DNA of 57,153 bases from Candidatus Omnitrophota bacterium (GTDB taxonomy: Bacteria; Omnitrophota; Gorgyraeia; 2-01-FULL-45-10): the NCBI GenBank assembly GCA_016935115.1, contig JAFGRN010000002.1, positions 69,748-126,900 on the forward strand, in the 5' to 3' direction. This document shows positions 9,650 through 18,885 of the stretch, one piece after another. The notes beneath the pieces are model-generated. The model was not told the DNA's origin, did no database searches, and was given only the letters and a program-made list of their open reading frames with translations. Made by a program: the position numbers and the translations under genes. Position 1 is the first letter of the stretch. Each line of letters starts with the position of its first letter.

Positions 9650-10491
9650 ATGAACGTCACCTCCAGCGGCTTCCCCGCCACATCCCCTATTCCGGAAAGC
9701 GCGCCGAATACCATCTTGCTTAAGAAGCCCCCCGGAAAGAATGTCGCTGGATATTTTGAAGGCTCTATATTCCTGACCCGCATACCGAGCGATTCTATGG
9801 CGCTCTTCAGGGTCTTCTTCGAGAAGAAGGTGGAATGATGGATCGGGTGGCCTTTTGCAACCGGGCCCCTGATCAACCCGAAAGAAAATTTGTACAGGTA
9901 TTTCGATATCTCGTAGATAAGGCTGTCCTCCATGGTAGTCAGGACAAACAGATATCCGCCGGGTTTCAATAAAGATGCCGCGTCATTCAGAAAAGTCACA
10001 GGGTCCTCCGAATGGTCGATTACGTCCCACAGCGTGACCACATCGAACTTCTCATTACCGAATTTTGTCTTATCAAACTCCCCGCTAACAACGTCCAACC
10101 CGTGCTTATCCCTGGCATACCCGGCGGCAAATTCTGAAATTTCTGATCCACGCGCATTCCAGCCCCTGCCCCTGGCTATATTTAAGAATGTCCCTATGGC
10201 ACATCCTATGTCTAGCAGCGTACCTTTTAACGGAACATATGCCTGGACAGTATCCATCCTTGCATTGAATAACTCCTCTTTCTCTCTGGGATTGTTAAAG
10301 AAGTAGCCGGCCTGCTCATCCGTAAAGTACCTTTCGGAATATAGATCTTTCGAGGAGTCGGCTGTTAGAAAAACATCCCTGAATATCAGGCCGCAGGGAC
10401 GGCATCGCACAATATTAAATTCGTCCAGCCTGAAGAGGATCTCCCACTCTTTCTTCCTGCACAGCGGGCATTCGGTCTTCGGGCTATGCAT
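9634..10491 (-). CDS. Class I SAM-dependent methyltransferase with N-terminal Zn-ribbon
   Basis: CPLC..CRPC, LLDIGCAIGTFL, FDVVTLWDVIDH. Start MHSPK at 10491 with AAGGAG (track 10539). Confidence 0.88.
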   Translation of the reverse strand: MHSPKTECPLCRKKEWEILFRLDEFNIVRCRPCGLIFRDVFLTADSSKDLYSERYFTDEQAGYFFNNPREKEELFNARMDTVQAYVPLKGTLLDIGCAIGTFLNIARGRGWNARGSEISEFAAGYARDKHGLDVVSGEFDKTKFGNEKFDVVTLWDVIDHSEDPVTFLNDAASLLKPGGYLFVLTTMEDSLIYEISKYLYKFSFGLIRGPVAKGHPIHHSTFFSKKTLKSAIESLGMRVRNIEPSKYPATFFPGGFLSKMVFGALSGIGDVAGKPLEVTFICQKR

Positions 10492-11443
10492 TGTAACGCT
10501 CCTTTTCTTTGGTGCAACCGAATGCGTGGCGCACAACATAAGATGGGGTCTGATTATTCGTCATGAAGAGCCTTCCCACATATTCCCCTATCAAACCCAG
10601 CATGATCAGCTGTACACCGGCAAAGACGAGGATAGAAGTCAATATAGCGGTTACGCCTATGGGTGTATCCGGGTTCAATATTTTGTCAATGATAAAGAAT
10701 ATTGTCAGCAATGCTCCCAATATCGAAAAAAGGGCCCCGAGGATCGTGCTCATCCTGAGCGGATATACGGAAAAATTAACAAACATGTTCGTCCATAATC
10801 TCAGTAACTTTCTCAAGGTATATCCCGATTTTCCCTTATGCCTCTTCTCGTGCCTGACAAGCACCTCGCCGATGTTCCTGGTGCTTCGCCATATGAGGCC
10901 GTCTATATAAGGGAATGGCCCGTTATACTTTACGACCTCCGATACGATAAATCTGCTCATGCACTTGAAACTGGAGAGATACAGGTCCCTCGGCTTGTTC
11001 AGTAGAAAGCTGGCCACCAGGTTATTAAATCCCGATCCGAGGTTCCTGAACAGGGAATGTTCTTTCTTTGCGTAATAACCGTAAACAACATCAAATTTCC
11101 CGCTTACCGCCTTCTTGACCAGGGTCTCTATCTCCTCGGGAGGGTTCTGGAAATCATCGTCCACTATTACCGCGTAGTCTCCTGTCGTATGAGCCAATCC
11201 CGCCATCACCGCATTATGTTCTCCAAAGTTTTTCGAGAGACAGATATACTTGACGATCGCGCCGTATCTCTTGAACAGGGACAGGCACATTTCGTGGCTA
11301 TTGTCCGTGCTTCCGTCATTGACAAGCACTATCTCGAGATCGTAAGGCTTAAGGCTCGAGACCAGTTTTTCCGCCAACTGCACGATAGTCCCGGCGCCCT
11401 GAAATACCGGGATAACAACACTGATCTTCATATTCGCCCCCAT
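10484..11443 (-). CDS. GT2 glycosyltransferase, ArnC/GtrB-like polyprenyl-phosphate glycosyltransferase
   Basis: SVVIPV, VNDGSTD, SKNFGEHNAVMAG, DDDFQNPPE, two C-terminal TM helices, LGLIGEYVGR. Confidence 0.88.
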   Translation of the reverse strand: MGANMKISVVIPVFQGAGTIVQLAEKLVSSLKPYDLEIVLVNDGSTDNSHEMCLSLFKRYGAIVKYICLSKNFGEHNAVMAGLAHTTGDYAVIVDDDFQNPPEEIETLVKKAVSGKFDVVYGYYAKKEHSLFRNLGSGFNNLVASFLLNKPRDLYLSSFKCMSRFIVSEVVKYNGPFPYIDGLIWRSTRNIGEVLVRHEKRHKGKSGYTLRKLLRLWTNMFVNFSVYPLRMSTILGALFSILGALLTIFFIIDKILNPDTPIGVTAILTSILVFAGVQLIMLGLIGEYVGRLFMTNNQTPSYVVRHAFGCTKEKERYNA

Positions 11444-11444
11444 C

Positions 11445-12080
11445 TTAAACCTTCTTGTTCTTGCGGCATATGAACGACACGGCCGCTATGGGATATCCTT
11501 TGTCCAGCCTCTTCATCTCCACGCTGAAACCTATCCTCTCCAGCACATCCTTCAACCTGCCGCTCTCCAAGTAATAGACCTTTTCCATCCTGTTGAGGAT
11601 CAGGTCCACTCCCAGCGCGAACAGGTACTTGTGGAACGGCCTCTTATCTATGTCCTGCACGAGCAGCAACCCGCCGTCTCCCAGGGCTTCGTAAATATGC
11701 TTCAGAAAGTCCTCCTGCCCGGAAGACGGAATATGATGCAGAAGGTCGCATGCCACTATCGTATCGGGCTTATCAAAAACCAGGTTAAGCGCGTCCGCCT
11801 TCCTGAATTGCACGTTCTTCCTCGCACCCACGGTGCTCCTGGCCAGCGCGATCTTCTCCTCTGACAGGTCGATACCGATGACATTTCTCCTGTCCGATCT
11901 CATCGCCATGATATTAGACAAGATGCCCGCTCCGCAGCCTATGTCGTATACGGTGCCCTCCGCGGGGACCAGATTCTCTATGGCGTCCACGGGATTGACG
12001 AGCCATCTGGCCCTCACATAAAACCGCTGGGCTGCCGGCAGGCCGGCATACAGCTTTAGCAGATCGCCCGGCATCTTCAT
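11445..12080 (-). CDS. Class I SAM-dependent methyltransferase
   Basis: VYDIGCGAG, GIDLS, DLLHHI. Likely start at 12080 (ATGA overlap with the upstream stop; track 12128). Confidence 0.85.
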   Translation of the reverse strand: MKMPGDLLKLYAGLPAAQRFYVRARWLVNPVDAIENLVPAEGTVYDIGCGAGILSNIMAMRSDRRNVIGIDLSEEKIALARSTVGARKNVQFRKADALNLVFDKPDTIVACDLLHHIPSSGQEDFLKHIYEALGDGGLLLVQDIDKRPFHKYLFALGVDLILNRMEKVYYLESGRLKDVLERIGFSVEMKRLDKGYPIAAVSFICRKNKKV

Positions 12081-13228
12081 GATAAGCGCCGCCCGCGTCC
12101 GTTGTAAAAACGCCTTACGCAATTGCATATCCTCATTACTTCTCCGTCGGTCAGCGCCGGAAAGACAGGTAGGGTAAGGATCTTTCGCGACAATGCTTCC
12201 GCGCGGGGGAAGTCACCGGCCCTGTATCCCAGCCCCTTAAACGCCCCCTGCAGGTGAAGAGGCACCGGATAATGGATCTGGGTCTCTATTCCGTTTTTCA
12301 ACAAAAAATCCCTGAGCATATCCCGCTTCTCGCACCTTATCACATACAGGTGAAAGACATGCTTTGAATTCCTGTCGTATGAGGGAAGTTCGAGGGCCCC
12401 GATATCTTTCAGGCATTCGCCGTACAGGCGCGCTATCGCCGACCGCCTCTTGTTAAAACGGTCCAGGCGCCTCAGCTTGCCGCGCAGTATGGCCGCTTGA
12501 ATCTCGTCGAGACGGCTGTTGATACCCTCTATGTCGCAACTATATCTCGTAGCCTGCCCATAGTTCCTTAGAAGTCTCAGCTTCGCGGCAAGCTTTCCGT
12601 TGTTGGTTACTACCATGCCTCCGTCGCCGTAACAGCCGAGATTCTTCGTCGGATAAAAACTAAAGGCTCCCAGATCGCCGAACGAACCCACCTTCCTGCT
12701 ATTATGCGAAGCTCCATGCGCCTGGCAGGCGTCTTCGATCACCGCCAGGCCATGTTTACGCGCAATCTTCATAACCCCGCCTATGTCGCATGGATTTCCG
12801 TAGAGATGCACGGGTACTATCGCCTTTGTCTTTCCGGTTATCGCCCTCTCAAGCTCCCTTATATCCAGATTGAATGTATCCTCATCTATATCCACAAACT
12901 TCGGCGTGGCACCCGCGGAAACGATAGCCATGGCCGTAGGTATCGCCGTATTGACGGCCGTTATGACTTCATCGCCCCTGCCCACAGCCAGCGCCATCAG
13001 CGCCAGCTGGAGCCCTTCGGTGCCGGAAGCGACTCCGACGGCATTCGAGGATCCTATATACTCCGCAAACTCGTTTTCGAAAGCCTCGAGCTCTTTTCCA
13101 AGTATGTACCAGCCGCTGTCGAGAACCCGTTTCACCGAGCGCATAACCTCCCCGCGGATAGTGCCATGCTCCCTCTTCAAGTCGCACACGAGGATCTTCT
13201 TACCAGTATTTTTCCCTGTTCTTTTCAT
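12077..13228 (-). CDS. DegT/DnrJ/EryC1/StrS PLP aminotransferase (FdtB/QdtB-like)
   Basis: VHLYG, IEDACQAHG, FSFYPTKNLGCYGDGG, NSRLDEIQAA. Confidence 0.92.
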   Translation of the reverse strand: MKRTGKNTGKKILVCDLKREHGTIRGEVMRSVKRVLDSGWYILGKELEAFENEFAEYIGSSNAVGVASGTEGLQLALMALAVGRGDEVITAVNTAIPTAMAIVSAGATPKFVDIDEDTFNLDIRELERAITGKTKAIVPVHLYGNPCDIGGVMKIARKHGLAVIEDACQAHGASHNSRKVGSFGDLGAFSFYPTKNLGCYGDGGMVVTNNGKLAAKLRLLRNYGQATRYSCDIEGINSRLDEIQAAILRGKLRRLDRFNKRRSAIARLYGECLKDIGALELPSYDRNSKHVFHLYVIRCEKRDMLRDFLLKNGIETQIHYPVPLHLQGAFKGLGYRAGDFPRAEALSRKILTLPVFPALTDGEVMRICNCVRRFYNGRGRRLS

Positions 13229-14198
13229 AATACCTTACCGTTTTTCGAAGGCCTTCCATAAAATCCGTCTTCGGCCTCCACCCGGTTATCCCGGAAAATT
13301 TTGAATAATCCGCATAATAGTCACCCACTTCTATCTTCTTCTTGTCATCCGGAAAATCTATAAGCCTGTATGATCCTGATCCAGTAACCCCTATTATAGC
13401 CTTCAGGGTATCGAGGACGCTTACAGGCTTACCCGAGCCGATATTATAAACCTCCCCGTTAGTCTTATCGGTCGCCGCCGCCAGTATCAGCGCGTCCACG
13501 ACATCATCCACATAATTGAAATCCCTTTTCTGGGAGCCATCTCCGTATATCGGTACCTCTTTGCCCTCGATCGCCATCCGGACGAACCAATTAAGGAATC
13601 CCTGTTTGGCATGTTTCATCTGGTGTCTGGGCCCGAACGTATTTGTGAGCCTTAAGGATGTGGCTCTTATCCCGTAGACATTGTTGTACAGGATATGGTA
13701 CCACTCCCCTGCCATATTGTTTATACCGTTGACGTCCGTCGGACACATGGGATGCTTCTCGTCGACGGGGAGATACTGCGCCCTGCCGTACTGTCCCCTC
13801 GTGCCGGAGAAGACGATCTTAACACCGGGGTTATTTTTCCTGCAGGCCTCGAGTATCGTAAGCTGGCTCCGGCAGTTTATCTCGAGATCCGTGTACGGAT
13901 CCGCCATGCTGTCGATATGGCTCAGAGTGCCGGCGAGATTGAATATGAAATCCTGCCCCTTCACGAGGTAATCCATGCCGGGGCCGTCCCGCACATCGGC
14001 GATATTTATCTTCACTCTCTCTTTTATCCCATCGACATTGAAGAGGTTCCCGCCGTAATCGGGCAGGAGCGAATCGACGATGAGCACCTCGGAGCCGAAT
14101 TGCACGAGCCTGTGGGCCAGCGTGCTTCCAATGAAACCGAGGCCGCCGGTTATCATGACCTTGCTGTTCTTCAGAACCTTCTCCTGATCTATGGCCAT
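13200..14198 (-). CDS. NAD-dependent epimerase/dehydratase (extended SDR)
   Basis: ITGGLGFIGS, FNLAG, GTRGQYG, RLTNTFGPR, QKRDFNYVDD. The catalytic YxxxK position reads NGINN, which is atypical. Confidence 0.88.
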   Translation of the reverse strand: MAIDQEKVLKNSKVMITGGLGFIGSTLAHRLVQFGSEVLIVDSLLPDYGGNLFNVDGIKERVKINIADVRDGPGMDYLVKGQDFIFNLAGTLSHIDSMADPYTDLEINCRSQLTILEACRKNNPGVKIVFSGTRGQYGRAQYLPVDEKHPMCPTDVNGINNMAGEWYHILYNNVYGIRATSLRLTNTFGPRHQMKHAKQGFLNWFVRMAIEGKEVPIYGDGSQKRDFNYVDDVVDALILAAATDKTNGEVYNIGSGKPVSVLDTLKAIIGVTGSGSYRLIDFPDDKKKIEVGDYYADYSKFSGITGWRPKTDFMEGLRKTVRYYEKNREKYW

Positions 14199-14223
14199 CT
14201 TCCGCGCCTCGCTCCTTTAAACA

Positions 14224-15621
14224 TCAGATGAAATTGGGATGTTCTTTATCCTGGTCCTTGACAACCAGAAATTTCAGGAATAGTACGCCTGTCCTGAAGA
14301 AATCAACCGGGCTCTCAACCATGACCTTGCACAGCGAAAAGAGCGTGTTTACCCGCCAGTAGAATGCCTTGTATAATTCTTTCTCTATCGATATCATCTT
14401 CTTTTCATAAGATGCGTCCTTGAAGAGATTGCGGTAGGGAAACAGCTTGAAGTCCATGCTGCCCTTCAATCTGTCAAAGAGCGGAGTGCCCGGATACGGC
14501 GTCAATTTGCTCACTATGACAAAATCGAGCTTCGACCTGCGCAACCCCTCCTTATTTTTCGCCATGTCATCCGCCGTCTCCACCGGCGCGCCTATCATCA
14601 TGAATCCGGAGGATTGTATGCCGGCGTGCCTCACCCAATCTATCTTCCGGAGGATCTCCGACGCTTTACTGCCCTTATTGTAATAATCCAGTACCTTCTG
14701 CGAAAAACTCTCCACGCCTATGTATATCCTCCTGCAACCCGACCTCTTCATGACGGCCAGGAGGCCGCGGTCGAGCGTATCGACACGGCTCAGGCAGGTC
14801 CACCTGATTCTGAGCCTCTTTCTGATGATAAGGCCGCATATCTTCTCCACCCTCGCCTTATCTATCACAAAAGTGTCGTCCGTAAAACGGAAGGTCCTGT
14901 ACCCCTTGCCCATCAGGTATTCTATCTCCGAAACTATATTCTCAGGAGACCTCATGACGAGCTTCCTGCCGTATGATGTTACACAGTATGTACAGCCGAA
15001 CGGACACCCCCTGGCGGACTGAATAAGGGCTACCGGGCCCCGGAGGAGCATCTCCCTGTAGTTATTCGCCGGGAGCATCGACGGATCCGGGAACGGCATC
15101 TTATCCAGATCGGCTATCCGCTCCGGGGGGTTGATCACATCACTCCCCCTGCAGGCAAGGCCGGGTATCCCCTCCGGCTTCGCGCCGCTCTCCAGGGCTT
15201 TTATGAGCCTGGAGAGGCATAATTCGGCTTCGCCTTTTATGATGTAGTCGATGTTGGTATTACTGAGGACCTCCAGCGGGAAAACCGATGGATAATAGCC
15301 AAATGCTACCATCTTCACGCCGGGGGCGCGGTTCTTTATGCTCACCACCGTGTCGATATCGCCGGCAAAGCATTCCATTCCGGTCATGGTGACGATCATA
15401 TCCGGCTTCACGTCATCCATCACACCCATAACGGAGTCCAGATCCTTCTCCTCGGCTATAGCATCCACCACTGAGACTTCGGACCTGTTCCATTCCTTCA
15501 CGGCGGAAGCGCAGGACAACAGCTCCTGCGGCGGGAAGAGAAACGAGCGGGAATTATAAGAACCGCAGAAGCGCCTTATTATCCTGTCCTTGTTCGGAAG
15601 ATTCAGAAACATTACCTTCAT
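14224..15621 (-). CDS. B12-binding-like-domain radical SAM protein (divergent N-terminus)
   Basis: ARGCPFGCTYC, IKGEAE, GVESFS. N-terminal PPQELL replaces PLGL. Confidence 0.88.
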   Translation of the reverse strand: MKVMFLNLPNKDRIIRRFCGSYNSRSFLFPPQELLSCASAVKEWNRSEVSVVDAIAEEKDLDSVMGVMDDVKPDMIVTMTGMECFAGDIDTVVSIKNRAPGVKMVAFGYYPSVFPLEVLSNTNIDYIIKGEAELCLSRLIKALESGAKPEGIPGLACRGSDVINPPERIADLDKMPFPDPSMLPANNYREMLLRGPVALIQSARGCPFGCTYCVTSYGRKLVMRSPENIVSEIEYLMGKGYRTFRFTDDTFVIDKARVEKICGLIIRKRLRIRWTCLSRVDTLDRGLLAVMKRSGCRRIYIGVESFSQKVLDYYNKGSKASEILRKIDWVRHAGIQSSGFMMIGAPVETADDMAKNKEGLRRSKLDFVIVSKLTPYPGTPLFDRLKGSMDFKLFPYRNLFKDASYEKKMISIEKELYKAFYWRVNTLFSLCKVMVESPVDFFRTGVLFLKFLVVKDQDKEHPNFI

Positions 15622-15669
15622 AACCGATTATCCTTCATCTATCAGGGGTAGCGACGGAACTTGCGCCAG

Positions 15670-16254
15670 CTATTTTCTGCAAATAAAACAGAACTCCGCT
15701 TCCTCAAATCCTCCGACGAGAAAGCACCATAGCCTTGAGCACAGGAAAGGCGAAAGATTGGCAAAAAGATCCGCACAATTCCCGAAAACGACTCCGAAGT
15801 AATAGGCAAATAATGGCAGGGTCTTCTTCTTAAGGTACGGCTGGGCAAACCACCGCAGCCGCACTCTATCGCATATAAACTCTACACCGCAATAACCGCC
15901 CTGGAAGGACGGATTAAAATAATACGGAAATGACACATCAAAGCCGCGTTTGTGTTCCGGATGAGTAAACCCCCTGCTGAAATGGGGCACCCTTACCAAT
16001 ACCCTCCCTCCGGCCCTCGATATCCTGTGCAACTCCTTCATCGCCCGGAACGGGTCCGAAAGATGCTCGAGGACATGGTCGGCTTCTATAAGTTCGAAAG
16101 AATTATCCGCAAAGGGATATGGCATGCTGTTTAAATCGTGAACTACATCAGGCTCCAGCTGGCCGTGAACATCCAAATTAACATAGCCTTCCTTCTTAAA
16201 TCTACCGCAGCCAAGATTAAGTTTTTTTAAGCCCTTTAACTCTCTATTTTGCAT
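15670..16254 (-). CDS. Small class I methyltransferase-domain protein
   Basis: KLNLGCG, YVNLD, DVVHDL, HVLEHL, VPH. Confidence 0.85.
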   Translation of the reverse strand: MQNRELKGLKKLNLGCGRFKKEGYVNLDVHGQLEPDVVHDLNSMPYPFADNSFELIEADHVLEHLSDPFRAMKELHRISRAGGRVLVRVPHFSRGFTHPEHKRGFDVSFPYYFNPSFQGGYCGVEFICDRVRLRWFAQPYLKKKTLPLFAYYFGVVFGNCADLFANLSPFLCSRLWCFLVGGFEEAEFCFICRK

Positions 16255-16292
16255 AATTTTTCATATCCTAACCTTTTTGGACAACGCCGTAG

Positions 16293-16321
16293 ATTTTACC
16301 ATTACCGATACCATTAGTCAA
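16293..16321 (-). promoter_or_regulatory. Sigma70-like internal promoter P3
   Basis: Minus strand TTGACT-N17-TAAAAT with extended -10 (TGg) in the 157-bp intergenic gap, about 40 bp upstream of the 16254 start. Confidence 0.75.
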
Positions 16322-16411
16322 TTCCTTTGATAGTCAGCATTATATTATTAATATTATGATATATTATGCCTGATTGAGCCTGCCCGGGCTTTATGCAGTA
16401 TAAGGCGGGAC

Positions 16412-17914
16412 CTACCGAACCGTATGAAAGACCCTCTTCATGTTCCCGATCAATACGTAGAGAAAGAGCTGCCAGAATTTGACCAGCATTATTCCCGCTA
16501 GAACCAGAAGATGGGGTATCTTCCTGGCTTTTTCCATGATGGTGCCACCCATATGAAACCATCCTAATTCATCGCGTTTGGTCAATATCTTGGACAGTTT
16601 TCCAAAATCGAAATAGAACCGGAAGTAGCTCAGCAATATATCCATGCGTATTTCATCTTCCGATGTGCCTGCCGGGACATATGAAAGCGGGATCTTTCTG
16701 AACGGGTTCTCGACGAAACAGGCGACGGAATTGAAATTTTCATAAAGGCCTATTACGTTCAGCCTGCCTTCTTTCTTCGCTATATTGAAGAGTTCCGTCC
16801 CCGGGTAAGGTGTCGCGTTATTGTAGCGAACACTATCGAGCCGCAGTTCCCTGGCAAGGCCGGTGCAATCCATCCTGTCTTTATGCGTCTCACCCGGGAT
16901 TCCGTAAATGAAGGTGGCCCCGACTATGAAGCCTATATCTTTGGCCATCTTCACGGCCCTTCTGCAATCTTCCACGCTCTCGCCCTTCTTCAATACCTTC
17001 ATTAGCCTGTCCGAAGCAGTCTCTATGCCAAAGAATATACTCTTAAAACCAGAGTTGAACATCTCCGTTAAGATTGCTTTATCGACATTGTCGGCCCTGG
17101 CCTGGAAGGTAAAGCTTATCTTTTTATCGAATCCCGCTTTCTTTATCTCGGCGAGAAGCGCATTTATCCTGTCTTTACTGACAAGCAGATTATCGTCCCA
17201 GAACGATATGTGGTCCTTGTTATACTTGTAGTGTATGGTATTCAGGTCCTCCATGATCGATGCCGCTGACCTGAACCTGTATCTCTTTCCGGTTATCACC
17301 CTGTTACTGCAGAATATACAGTCATACGGACATCCCCTGGAAGTCATTATTATCCCCAGGTCATACTTATTATGGTCGAAACGGTGATATGGAAAAGCTG
17401 GCATCTTTTCAATATCCTCCGGGAGCGCTGACTGCCTGTTCCTGACCATCTTCCCGTCCTTCATGTAGGCAATATTATCCAGGTGCCTGTAGTCTTTGCC
17501 GCTCTTCACATGCCTGTATAATTCCGGCATGGCTTTTTCGCCTTCTCCTATCACGACGAGGTCTATATGGCCGTGGCAGAGTATTTCTTCCGGAAGCGCG
17601 GATGGGTGTATCCCTCCAAACACGATCACGGAGTCGGGATACAGTTCTTTCAGCTTTCTGGATACCTCTATCGAGCTTTTCAATGCGGCCGTCAGCACGC
17701 TAAAGCCGAATATGTACGGGCGCTCCATTTTTCCGACGAGTTTCTTCACAGCGCCTACCACATCTTCCTCGATCTGCTGGTCGACGAGCTCCATGCGCAT
17801 ATTCTCACGCTCGGCCACCGCCATAAGGTATCCTATACCCAGCGGGACGACGTTCGGGAAGAACGGCTGTATCATCTTCAATCCGTTTTTAGAGCTGGAG
17901 TTTATGATTATCAT
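16412..17914 (-). CDS. B12-binding-domain radical SAM protein
   Basis: PLGIGYL, VFGGIHPS, VIGEGE; SRGCPYDCIFC, GIETAS. Confidence 0.92.
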   Translation of the reverse strand: MIIINSSSKNGLKMIQPFFPNVVPLGIGYLMAVAERENMRMELVDQQIEEDVVGAVKKLVGKMERPYIFGFSVLTAALKSSIEVSRKLKELYPDSVIVFGGIHPSALPEEILCHGHIDLVVIGEGEKAMPELYRHVKSGKDYRHLDNIAYMKDGKMVRNRQSALPEDIEKMPAFPYHRFDHNKYDLGIIMTSRGCPYDCIFCSNRVITGKRYRFRSAASIMEDLNTIHYKYNKDHISFWDDNLLVSKDRINALLAEIKKAGFDKKISFTFQARADNVDKAILTEMFNSGFKSIFFGIETASDRLMKVLKKGESVEDCRRAVKMAKDIGFIVGATFIYGIPGETHKDRMDCTGLARELRLDSVRYNNATPYPGTELFNIAKKEGRLNVIGLYENFNSVACFVENPFRKIPLSYVPAGTSEDEIRMDILLSYFRFYFDFGKLSKILTKRDELGWFHMGGTIMEKARKIPHLLVLAGIMLVKFWQLFLYVLIGNMKRVFHTVR

Positions 17915-17938
17915 TAGTCTGAATATCCTGTTTTCATC

Positions 17939-17966
17939 AATATAACAAAAAGGCCCGGCAAATCAA
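17939..17966 (-). promoter_or_regulatory. Possible weak sigma70-like promoter
   Basis: Minus strand TTGATT-N16-TATATT with TG extension in the 69-bp gap; weaker match than P2 and P3. Confidence 0.3.
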
Positions 17967-17983
17967 GGATAATTGATATCTCT

Positions 17984-18871
17984 TCAGATCTTCCTGAAGA
18001 TGGCGAACATCTCGCCCGGCAGAGATATCTCCACACTGATATCTTTTATTGAAGGATGCCTGAGAATATTTCTGACAATGCCCAGCGCCTTATAACGCTC
18101 CAGGGATTTGGCTATGGCCTGCATACTCATTACATAGGGATACATACCGAAATACACGCCTCCAAAGCCATTATCGCTCATAAGTTTTGCCAGGGACTTG
18201 CGCGTGAAAAACTGGATATGCTGCCCCTGAATCCACCACCACTTTTTCCCTAACAGGCGGGACGGAAACGAATCGACATCCCCGGTCCACAGGCAAACCA
18301 ATCCACCTTGCTTTATCAGCTTGCATATACTTTCAACCTCATATTTTGGGTCGCCAAAATGCTCTATAACGCCCCATAGCGTAACAACATCATATTGCCT
18401 GTCAGCTTTCAGGTTGTCCGGCAGGCAGCTGTGGATCTTCAATCCTTTATCCCGCGCTATCTTTGATGCCCACCCCGATAATTCAAGGCCCTCTACATCA
18501 TAAAATTCACGGGCGGCCTGCAGGAAATCGCCGGTAGAGCACCCTACATCCAATAATCGCCCGCCGTTTTGGTATTTACGGATCCTTTTTAAGGCTTTGG
18601 CCGCTGTTATCAATCTCTCTTTCGCATTGGCAAGATATGAAGGATCCACCACATCTTCGTAATTTTCCCAAAGCTTCGCCGGAGCGGATGACGCGTAGCC
18701 GTGAGTGCAATCCAGGCACTGCACTATGCGGTATGTCTTATTATGTTTCGGCCCGAAATCATAACCGAACTCCGGAATCTCTTTTCCCAGCGTATCCGGA
18801 TACAGCACTTTATAACGCCTGGAACCGCAGACCGGACATAACTTCTCCCTGTATCCTGACACATCGGACAT
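17984..18871 (-). CDS. Class I SAM-dependent methyltransferase with N-terminal Zn-ribbon
   Basis: CPVC..CLDC, LLDVGCSTGDFL, YDVVTLWGVIEH. Likely start MSDVSG at 18871 (track 18895). Confidence 0.88.
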   Translation of the reverse strand: MSDVSGYREKLCPVCGSRRYKVLYPDTLGKEIPEFGYDFGPKHNKTYRIVQCLDCTHGYASSAPAKLWENYEDVVDPSYLANAKERLITAAKALKRIRKYQNGGRLLDVGCSTGDFLQAAREFYDVEGLELSGWASKIARDKGLKIHSCLPDNLKADRQYDVVTLWGVIEHFGDPKYEVESICKLIKQGGLVCLWTGDVDSFPSRLLGKKWWWIQGQHIQFFTRKSLAKLMSDNGFGGVYFGMYPYVMSMQAIAKSLERYKALGIVRNILRHPSIKDISVEISLPGEMFAIFRKI

Positions 18872-18885
18872 GACAGATGCTTCCT

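Noticed and set aside
14224-15621. Hopanoid (HpnJ/HpnP) or BchE assignment for the B12 radical SAMs
   Set aside because: No shc, hpn or bch genes in the window; only family-level similarity can be supported.
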